Shown here piece by piece: positions 7,282 through 14,083 of a stretch of 31,926 nucleotides of DNA. Both the position numbers and the translations under genes were made by a program. The notes beneath the pieces are model-generated. The model was not told the origin of the DNA. It worked only from the letters and a program-made list of their open reading frames with translations, and did no database searches. Numbering within the stretch: position 1 is the first letter of the stretch; every line of letters starts with the position of its first letter. The stretch comes from Patescibacteria group bacterium (GTDB lineage: Bacteria > Patescibacteriota > Minisyncoccia > Minisyncoccales > CG1-02-41-26): the NCBI GenBank assembly GCA_020148085.1, contig JAHCRD010000001.1:1-31926 (forward strand), written 5' to 3'.

Positions 7282-9041
7282 TGGAGCTAAAAAATAAAAT
7301 TAAAAAAGAGCTTGGAGAGTCGGAAATAATTAACTCGGCCTTTAGTATCCTCAGCAAAGAAACTTCAGAGAGCGATTTTCTCTTTTCGCATTCTTTGAGA
7401 ACTGCTTTAATATTGAAAAAAATGGGATCTGACGAGGAAACGATTGTTGCTGGAATGCTACACCATGTTCCAAAATCTTCTTTATCTTTAGTGAAAGCAC
7501 CTGAAGAGACAAAGTACGAAATTTTAAGAATGATAAGAAAAAACAAACAACTGAGAACAATTTTCTCTTCCAAAAAAACTTCTAAACCAAAGTCAATCAA
7601 GAAATGGCAGAAAATCTTTTTGGATGTTCAGGCAGAAAATTTAAGGAGAATGATTTTTGTAATAACCAAAGATCTACGGCCAATTTTTGTTATGTTAGCA
7701 GGTAGATTAGATGAGATGAGGAACCTACAAAATTTCCCTAAAGAATACCAGCAAAAAGAATATCAACGAAGAAAAAGTGTAGAGGCACTAGAAATACTGG
7801 CTCCGTTAGCTTATGGAATTGGGATGTGGGAAGTAAAAGGCGAGCTTGAAGATTTGGCTTTCCCCTATCTTTACCAAAAAGAATATAAATGGTTGCTCCA
7901 GAAGGTGAAAGAAAAATATTCTGAAAGAGAAAAACATCTTGAAAGAGTAAAACCCCACTTATTAAAAATGTTAACTGGAAAAGGAATTACCATTTTGGAT
8001 ATTTATGCAAGAGCAAAACATTACTTCTCTTTGTATCAGAAACTTTTGAGGCATAATATGGACATTGAGAAAATCTATGATTTAGTTGCTCTAAGTATAG
8101 TTGTTCCTGATATTGAAAGTTGCTATCGAGCTTTAGGGACAATCCACAACACTTGGCCTCCGTTGCTGGGCAGAATTAAAGATTATATTTCATCGCCTAA
8201 GCCAAATGGTTATAGAGCTTTGCACACAACCGTCCGCTCTCAAGGAAATAAAATTATAGAAATCCAAATTAAAACTCCAGAGATGCACAAAGAAGCAAGA
8301 TATGGTGCTGCTGCTCATCTGAGCTATAAAGAAAAAGTTTCTAAGAGAACTTACAAACACCAATTTTATTGGTTGGACCAATTGAGGAAGTGGAAAGAAG
8401 AACTTAAAGATACTAAAAAGATATCAGAACATCTAAAATCTGAAATGTTCCGAGATCGGGTTTTTGTTTTTACCCCAAAAGGAGATGTGATTGATTTACC
8501 AAGAGGCGCAACCTCTGTTGACTTTGCTTATGCTGTCCATTCAGAAATCGGCGACCATACCGAAGCAGCAAAAATTAATGGAAAAATTGTTCCTCTAAAT
8601 CAAGTTTTGGAAAATGGCCAAACCGTTGAAATTTCAACTGATAAAAACAAAACTCCTTCTTCTGACTGGTTAAGATTTATCAAAACCCCAAAAGCCCGTT
8701 CTAAAATTAAAAGCTTTTTAGAAGCTGCTTATGGAATCTCTCCAGAAAAACCTCGGAGAACCATCTTGCGAGAAAAAGTTTCTATTATTAAAAAAATTCT
8801 ACCGATTAAAAGAAAGCGAAAGCCCCAAGTTCTGGTGGCTGGAGAATCTGGGATTTCAATAAAATTGAGTAAATGCTGTAAGCCCGAAGCGGGAGATCAA
8901 ATTTCAGCTTTTATCACCAAGGGGGAAGGGGCTTCTTTACACAAAATTGATTGCCAGAACTTAAAAGAACTCAAAGAAAAATGGCCCCAAAAAATTGTTA
9001 AAGCCACTTGGAGTTCGGAAGAATCAAAGAAATTGAAATAA
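7278..9041 (+). CDS. rel: Long RelA/SpoT homologue ((p)ppGpp synthetase + TGS), degenerate hydrolase, no ACT domain
   Basis: Synthetase 'RAKH', 'GRIKDYI..PKPNGYRALHTT', 'EIQIKT'; TGS 'VFTPKG...DFAYAVH'; 'KCCKP'. The HD motif reads 'LHHV'. ATGA overlap with topA. Confidence 0.9.
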   Translation: MMELKNKIKKELGESEIINSAFSILSKETSESDFLFSHSLRTALILKKMGSDEETIVAGMLHHVPKSSLSLVKAPEETKYEILRMIRKNKQLRTIFSSKKTSKPKSIKKWQKIFLDVQAENLRRMIFVITKDLRPIFVMLAGRLDEMRNLQNFPKEYQQKEYQRRKSVEALEILAPLAYGIGMWEVKGELEDLAFPYLYQKEYKWLLQKVKEKYSEREKHLERVKPHLLKMLTGKGITILDIYARAKHYFSLYQKLLRHNMDIEKIYDLVALSIVVPDIESCYRALGTIHNTWPPLLGRIKDYISSPKPNGYRALHTTVRSQGNKIIEIQIKTPEMHKEARYGAAAHLSYKEKVSKRTYKHQFYWLDQLRKWKEELKDTKKISEHLKSEMFRDRVFVFTPKGDVIDLPRGATSVDFAYAVHSEIGDHTEAAKINGKIVPLNQVLENGQTVEISTDKNKTPSSDWLRFIKTPKARSKIKSFLEAAYGISPEKPRRTILREKVSIIKKILPIKRKRKPQVLVAGESGISIKLSKCCKPEAGDQISAFITKGEGASLHKIDCQNLKELKEKWPQKIVKATWSSEESKKLK

Positions 9042-9060
9042 ACAAAATTCGTGATAAAAT
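9033..9060 (+). promoter_or_regulatory. Promoter of tRNA-Leu
   Basis: TTGAAA 9033-9038, 16-nt spacer, extended -10 TG-A-TAAAAT ending at 9060, 12 nt before the tRNA. Confidence 0.55.
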
Positions 9061-9072
9061 ATAGGGTTTAGA

Positions 9073-9156
9073 GCCGGAGTGCTGAAATTGGAAAACAGGG
9101 TGGACTCAAAATCCACTGTCCGTAAGGACTTGAGGGTTCGAGTCCCTCCTCCGGCA
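9073..9156 (+). tRNA. tRNA-Leu (anticodon CAA), long variable arm, CCA not encoded
   Basis: Acceptor GCCGGAG/CTCCGGC; anticodon stem GTGGA/TCCAC with loop CTCAAAA (CAA 9107-9109); variable arm GTCCGTAAGGAC; T arm GAGGG-TTCGAGT-CCCTC; discriminator A followed by CAA. Confidence 0.97.
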
Positions 9157-9162
9157 CAACAA

Positions 9163-9199
9163 AAAACTCCGCTACGAGATAGTTCGACAGCGGAGTTTT
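9163..9199. terminator. Bidirectional intrinsic terminator between tRNA-Leu and PAP2
   Basis: Perfect 11-bp inverted repeat AAAACTCCGCT / AGCGGAGTTTT with A/T tracts on both ends. Confidence 0.8.
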
Positions 9200-9213
9200 G
9201 CTTTAAAAGAATA

Positions 9214-9744
9214 TTACTTTCTAAAAATTTTATGGATGAGCCAAGCGGAGAAAATGCCAACTAATGCTCCCCCTAAAATGTCAGAGGGCCAATGGAGACC
9301 AGAGAAAACTCGGCTAATAGCAATTAAAAAACTGGCAATGAAAAATAAAATGCCAGCCCCCCACCAAAATTTTGGTAGGGGGTAAACTTTTTTGTAACAA
9401 AGGAAAAAAGCCATACTTAAGGCAAAGAAAAAGGCAGCGTGGCCTGAAGGAAAAGAACCAGTTAAACGGTGAGGTAAAAGTAAATTAACTTCTGCTCCAA
9501 CAAATGGTCTAGTTCGTGGCCAAAGCCAGCGAATAATTTCAGTAATAATAAATCTTGCTAAAACTGCCGAAACAAAAGCAGTAACTACCATTTTCCAATA
9601 TTTTTTAAAGTTTTTAATTAAAAACAAAATTAAAATTCCAATCAAAACCCAGCCAAGATATTTAGCAAAAAAAATAGCAATTACATCAAGCCAAAGATAT
9701 TTTAGAGCAAAATTGTTTAGATATTGAAAAATTACAAAATCCAT
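9214..9744 (-). CDS. PAP2-family phosphatase (undecaprenyl-diphosphatase-like)
   Basis: 'RTRPF', 'SFPSGH', 'SRVFSGLHWPSDILGG' motifs; TM helices. Confidence 0.9.
   Translation of the reverse strand: MDFVIFQYLNNFALKYLWLDVIAIFFAKYLGWVLIGILILFLIKNFKKYWKMVVTAFVSAVLARFIITEIIRWLWPRTRPFVGAEVNLLLPHRLTGSFPSGHAAFFFALSMAFFLCYKKVYPLPKFWWGAGILFFIASFLIAISRVFSGLHWPSDILGGALVGIFSAWLIHKIFRK
9357..9382. repeat. Palindromic element inside PAP2 (YPLPKFWWG)
   Basis: CCCCCC-ACCAAAATTTTGGT-A-GGGGG; perfect 14-bp core palindrome at 9363-9376. Confidence 0.7.
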
Positions 9745-10346
9745 ACTTTTCTTCCTTCAACTTTTATTTTATTTCTGGCAAATAATTTTATTGCTTTGCA
9801 CAATATTTTTTCTTCTTTTTTATGAATTTTCTTTTGTAATGTCTCTGAAGTATCATTTGGTTTTATTTCAACTGCTTCTTGGAAAATTATGGGACCTGTA
9901 TCCACTCCTTCGTCAACAAAATGTAAGGTGCAACCAGTGATTTTTACTCCATAATCTAAAGCTTGTTTTTCAGAATCAAGACCTGGGAAAGCTGGGCACA
10001 AAGAAGGGTGAATATTTATAACTTTGTTGGGGAACTGGCTCAAAAAGTTTTTGTCCATCACCAAATCCCAACCAGCCATCACTATTAAATCAATTTTTCT
10101 TTCTTTCAAAATTCGAGCAAGCTCTCGATTATAATCCTCTCGACTCTTTCCTTGGTTCTGCCAATCAGAAAATCGGAAATAAAAAGCTTCAATCCCCCAT
10201 TTTTTTGCTTTCTCTATTCCAGGGGATTCTTTTTTATGACTGACAACTAAAGCTAAATTAACCAAGGGGTCTTTTTTGCAACATTTATAAATAGCTGGTA
10301 ATCTTCCTCCTCTACCAATTAAAACTGCTAATCTAATTTTTTTCAT
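9732..10346 (-). CDS. purN: Phosphoribosylglycinamide formyltransferase (PurN family)
   Basis: Catalytic 'INIHPS' and 'GCTLHFVDEGVDTGPII'; 'DLIVMAGW'. Confidence 0.85.
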   Translation of the reverse strand: MKKIRLAVLIGRGGRLPAIYKCCKKDPLVNLALVVSHKKESPGIEKAKKWGIEAFYFRFSDWQNQGKSREDYNRELARILKERKIDLIVMAGWDLVMDKNFLSQFPNKVINIHPSLCPAFPGLDSEKQALDYGVKITGCTLHFVDEGVDTGPIIFQEAVEIKPNDTSETLQKKIHKKEEKILCKAIKLFARNKIKVEGRKVWIL

Positions 10347-10933
10347 TTTCTCAGAATTTTTGGTTTTGAACCGGTTAAATCAATTACTTTTGAAGGCCTT
10401 GATGGTTTCAAATTTCCAACATTTAAAATTAAGTCCGGCTGGAATTTTTTATCCTGAAATTGTTTAATTACATTTTTTATTTTTGTTGAAGCAGGAAAAC
10501 CTGAAATATTAGCGGAGGTGCCTGTTAAAGGCCGACTAATAATTAATAATAATTGATTAATAAGTTTATAATCAGGAATCCTTAAACCAATCGTTTTTTT
10601 ATCTCCAAAAAGAATTTCTGGCAAGCCACAATTTTTTCTCTGTCTCAATACCACTGTCACTTTTCCTGGCCAAACTTTTTCCAAGAATTCTTCCTGGGTT
10701 TTGGAAATTTCAGCTATTTTTTTTGCCATTTCAATATCTCTAATAAAAATTGGAATTGGTTTCTTCCCTAATCGCTTTTTTATTTTTATAAGTTTTTTAA
10801 CTGCTTTTTGGTTTGTAGTATCACAAATTAATCCATAAACTGTGTCGGTTGGACAGACCAAAACTTTACCCTTCAAAATTAAAGCGGCCGCCTTCTCAAC
10901 AGCATTCTTGGAATTAATCTTTAAAATTTCCAT
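10343..10933 (-). CDS. tsaC: L-threonylcarbamoyladenylate synthase (YrdC/TsaC, single domain)
   Basis: 'CPTDTVYGL', 'KIKKR..KKP', 'GLRIP', 'GTSANISG'. Confidence 0.92.
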   Translation of the reverse strand: MEILKINSKNAVEKAAALILKGKVLVCPTDTVYGLICDTTNQKAVKKLIKIKKRLGKKPIPIFIRDIEMAKKIAEISKTQEEFLEKVWPGKVTVVLRQRKNCGLPEILFGDKKTIGLRIPDYKLINQLLLIISRPLTGTSANISGFPASTKIKNVIKQFQDKKFQPDLILNVGNLKPSRPSKVIDLTGSKPKILRK

Positions 10934-11655
10934 TATCGAAAATTTTTTGAACTTTTTAAAAATTGAGAAAGTTTTATAATATCGGCTGGGTTACCAAAGT
11001 CCAACCAGTAATCTTCAATTTCTTTTACTTTTACTTTTTTTTCGTTAGCTAAAAGATTGATAGCATCGGTGAGTTCGTATTCCCCTCTGGGAGAAAGAGA
11101 AATTTGAGAAAGCTTTTCAAAAATTTCAGGAGTAAACTTATACAATCCAGTATTTATTAAATTACCAACAAATTGTTTTGGTTTTTCTACAATTTTTTTC
11201 AAAAATCCATTTTCTACTTGAAGCACTCCATATTTTTCTGGATGTTCATGAAAGAACCCAGCTATCCAGTTATAATCATCCTCAATATTAAAATTCTTAA
11301 GGTCTTTTATTGAGTAAAGATTGTCACCGTAAATAGATAAGAAATTTTCTCTACCAACAATATCTTTTAGACATTTCAAAGGACAAGCGGTGCCATATTC
11401 TTCTTTCCCTAAAATCTCAAATTGATTAACAACCTTAGCTTGATAATTATATTTTCTTAAAAATTCCCTCATCATCTTCTCTTTATAACCAACTACCAGA
11501 ATTAGCTCTTTGTAACCTGCCTTCAAGAGATTATCTAAAAGATAAGCCAGGAAAGGCTTTTTTTGAATGTTAATAAGATGCTTTGATTTACTTTTAGTTA
11601 GATGGAGCATTCGAGTGCCCCGACCCGCAGCCGCAATGACTACTTTTTTAATCAT
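10933..11655 (-). CDS. Sugar-phosphate nucleotidyltransferase (RmlA/GlmU N-terminal-like)
   Basis: 'AAAGRGTRM', 'YGDNL', 'IVEKP', 'SPRGEYELTDAI', 'WLDFGNP'; no left-handed beta-helix domain. Confidence 0.88.
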   Translation of the reverse strand: MIKKVVIAAAGRGTRMLHLTKSKSKHLINIQKKPFLAYLLDNLLKAGYKELILVVGYKEKMMREFLRKYNYQAKVVNQFEILGKEEYGTACPLKCLKDIVGRENFLSIYGDNLYSIKDLKNFNIEDDYNWIAGFFHEHPEKYGVLQVENGFLKKIVEKPKQFVGNLINTGLYKFTPEIFEKLSQISLSPRGEYELTDAINLLANEKKVKVKEIEDYWLDFGNPADIIKLSQFLKSSKNFR

Positions 11656-12232
11656 GGCTTTTTGCTAAAGAAAAAGCTTTTTCGTTTAATTCAAGATATT
11701 TTTTAGGAATAACCCTTTTAATTGCTTTTAAAATTGAAGCGGGAGTTAAGGGAACCAATTTTTTGAAAGAAGCATATCCCAAGAGAAAAACCCCAGCCAA
11801 AACTTCGTTGCCTAATTCCTCTTTGGCAATTTTTGAGGCAGGAATAAAAATTACTTTTTTAGAAAATTTCTTTAATTCTTTTTGGATTTTTGAAATGGAG
11901 GAAACCTTTTTAACTCCAAAAATTGGTTTTATAAAGTCGTTTACTAAAAACACTGTTTGTTTTTTTGAACCATAATAACAAGCTCTCAAGGCCTCTTGAG
12001 CTTCCAGGGAAATTATTAAATCTGCCCCAGTTTGTTTAACTAAGGGAGAGTGAACTTTTTTGCCAAATCGAACGTGGGTCTCAACCGAGCCACCTCTTTG
12101 GCTGAGCCCATGAAGTTCTGAGGTTTTAACATCAAGTTTCTCAATCAAAGCCGCCTCGGCTAAAATCCGAGTCAAAGTGATTATCCCCTGTCCCCCAACT
12201 CCAGCAAGAATAATATTAAAATCTTTTTTCAT
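11648..12232 (-). CDS. iorB: Indolepyruvate:ferredoxin oxidoreductase beta subunit
   Basis: 'LAGVGGQGIIT', 'SELHGLSQRGGSVETHVRFG', 'N..LLG', 'ELNEKAF'. Confidence 0.9.
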   Translation of the reverse strand: MKKDFNIILAGVGGQGIITLTRILAEAALIEKLDVKTSELHGLSQRGGSVETHVRFGKKVHSPLVKQTGADLIISLEAQEALRACYYGSKKQTVFLVNDFIKPIFGVKKVSSISKIQKELKKFSKKVIFIPASKIAKEELGNEVLAGVFLLGYASFKKLVPLTPASILKAIKRVIPKKYLELNEKAFSLAKSHD

Positions 12233-12237
12233 AAAAA

Positions 12238-12951
12238 TTATTCGATAAATTTAAAAGTAGAAAGTATTTGGTTGAATAATTCATTCGAATATTCACAGGT
12301 AGGACCAGTTCTATTTAGTTCATAAAGTTTTGAATTTTTTAGAAAAATTATGGTCTCCGGACATCCACCCATAGAGATCGGGTCAAAAAATCTTAAGGCG
12401 TCGGTGTTGTTTACTATTAATTCCGAATATTTAGGAACCGATTCTTTTGGTCTATCTCGAAATTTTTCCTCAAAGTATTTGTGAATAGAATTAAATGGAG
12501 TATCTAAAATATTAATTGTGAAAACTACTAATCCCTCTGGATAAAGTATGTCGCTTTTAGTAATATCGGTAAATAAGATAGAAGTTTCTGTGGCTTTAAC
12601 TTCCCACTCTTTAGGATACTTCACCTCAAACCCATACTCCTCATTCCGATAAGTTTTCCAATCAGTGGTTTCATCAATCGGAGGCGCCGATTGGCACTGC
12701 CCATTTACACAAATACATCTCTCTGGTGGAGCACAAAAGCATTCACCTCCAGAACCTGTTGGTAAATAATCTTTATTATAACAACCACAATTGCACCAAC
12801 CCATTTCTCCAAACGGTACACAGTCTGAGTCTTCAGTACAGGCTTTACTCACTCTACCTTCCAATCCTCTGGTTTGCCACCACAAATATCCAAGAATTAC
12901 ACCAGCCGCAACAACTACAATTAAAAGAATTATTAAAAGTTTTTTGGTCAT
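12238..12951 (-). CDS. Membrane-anchored surface protein: 10-Cys module + PsbP-like domain (cassette gene Z)
   Basis: N-terminal TM; 'CTEDSDC...CNCGC...CFC...CICVNGQC'; 'DWKTYRNEEYGFEVKYPKEW', characteristic of PsbP-like domains. Confidence 0.65.
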   Translation of the reverse strand: MTKKLLIILLIVVVAAGVILGYLWWQTRGLEGRVSKACTEDSDCVPFGEMGWCNCGCYNKDYLPTGSGGECFCAPPERCICVNGQCQSAPPIDETTDWKTYRNEEYGFEVKYPKEWEVKATETSILFTDITKSDILYPEGLVVFTINILDTPFNSIHKYFEEKFRDRPKESVPKYSELIVNNTDALRFFDPISMGGCPETIIFLKNSKLYELNRTGPTCEYSNELFNQILSTFKFIE

Positions 12952-13027
12952 ATATTAAATTCCTTTTTCATAAATTTTATTTAATGAAAATACATGGTCT
13001 TCGGGCGATGATTACTGAAACTTCTTT
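12948..13027 (-). pseudogene. Stranded iorA-3'/iorB-5' junction remnant
   Basis: 13027-12977 encodes KEVSVIIARRPCIFIK* (iorA ends KTVSVIIARRPCVFVKK*). After a 5-nt spacer, 12971-12948 encodes MKKEFNI* (iorB starts MKKDFNII). Confidence 0.85.
12996..13018. repeat. 23-bp direct repeat, copy 1 (copy 2 in iorA at 14106-14128)
   Basis: GGTCTTCGGGCGATGATTACTGA is identical at both positions. Confidence 0.95.
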
Positions 13028-13699
13028 CTACTTCACCGCGTATCGGTCAATAAGCCGAATCATAATATCCTCACTTGCTTCCTTTAATCCAACTGCATAG
13101 ATGATAAAGTTATTAGACTGAATAACATATTGCTGAAATTGCTCTGGCTTAATTGGTCCCAGCTCTTCCCTTATTGATGAAGGTATACCAACCTTAGTTT
13201 TTAATTTAACACCTTCTAAGATAGATACTTCAAACTTTTGATTAAAAATTATTTTACTGTAGTCTCTTTGAGCGAATTCAGGCTTTTCATATTTAAGTAC
13301 GTGAAAAAATAATATAAAAGGTGCTCCTTCGCTAGTTTTGAGTACTTCTACCCCATTTCTTTTGATGTAATTCACCCATATTCCCACAGCATATTTAATA
13401 ATTCCCTTGCCTGATGAGGAAATCTCAAGATAGCGCTCCCAAAATTCCTGTAAGAAGAGAGGATCTTCCTCTTTGCTTATTGACTCGAAATAGCGTGGTA
13501 AAAGTATAATGTTCTCTACAACCTCCTTAGGATCTAATGAAGAGGGAATTATTACTCGTTTTGTTGGTTCTGGTTTAGTCTGTTCTTCAATCTGTTTTTC
13601 CATCTCTCCTTCTCCGCTTCTCTGCCACCAGAAAAAGCCAAGGATTGCACCAGCCGCAACAACTACGATTAGAAGAATTGTTAAAAGTTTTTTGGTCAT
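13028..13699 (-). CDS. Membrane-anchored hypothetical protein (cassette gene Y)
   Basis: 223-aa ORF with an N-terminal TM. The first 26 codons are nearly identical to gene Z; the rest is unrecognised. Confidence 0.7.
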   Translation of the reverse strand: MTKKLLTILLIVVVAAGAILGFFWWQRSGEGEMEKQIEEQTKPEPTKRVIIPSSLDPKEVVENIILLPRYFESISKEEDPLFLQEFWERYLEISSSGKGIIKYAVGIWVNYIKRNGVEVLKTSEGAPFILFFHVLKYEKPEFAQRDYSKIIFNQKFEVSILEGVKLKTKVGIPSSIREELGPIKPEQFQQYVIQSNNFIIYAVGLKEASEDIMIRLIDRYAVK

Positions 13700-13729
13700 A
13701 GGATTTTATTTAATTATGTTTGACCTTCA

Positions 13730-14077
13730 TCATAATTTTTTCTTTTTCTTCCTCATTTCTATTTCTCGAGAGATAAAACATGCTAAATAATACCAATAAA
13801 TTAAAATAATAATTAGTAATATACACCAGAAAAAAGGAGTTAATGGAAAATAGAGAAAAAAGGCAAGATTAAAAAAGAGAAGGAAAGAGACTATAAAATA
13901 AGGCAGGCATAGTATAAAAATAACTAAAGCTAAAAGAATCCCTTCAGGGCTTACTTCATGTAATACCTCTGTTCCTTTAGTTCTTAGATAAAAAAGCGTA
14001 ATTAGCCCGATCAAAAAGATGATAAGAAATATTATGAGTTTTATTTTTGTGGGTTTGAGAAATAGTTTAAGACCCAT
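13730..14077 (-). CDS. Small integral membrane hypothetical protein (cassette gene X)
   Basis: 115 aa, about 3 hydrophobic helices, basic C-terminus; starts 6 nt after the iorA stop. Confidence 0.65.
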   Translation of the reverse strand: MGLKLFLKPTKIKLIIFLIIFLIGLITLFYLRTKGTEVLHEVSPEGILLALVIFILCLPYFIVSFLLFFNLAFFLYFPLTPFFWCILLIIILIYWYYLACFISREIEMRKKKKKL

Positions 14078-14083
14078 ATCCCT

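Noticed and set aside
7739-7770. KEYQQKEYQR 15-bp tandem duplication in rel
   Set aside because: A small local duplication of native sequence that matches none of the recurring motif families.
9024-9264. ORFs 9079..9264 (+) and 9024..9260 (-)
   Set aside because: They overlap a complete tRNA-Leu and its terminator, so they are spurious.
12238-14083. Prophage, IS or DGR explanation for the cassette region
   Set aside because: No integrase, transposase, reverse transcriptase, terminal inverted repeats or phage genes. The Y/Z differences are not adenine-specific as in DGR TR/VR pairs.
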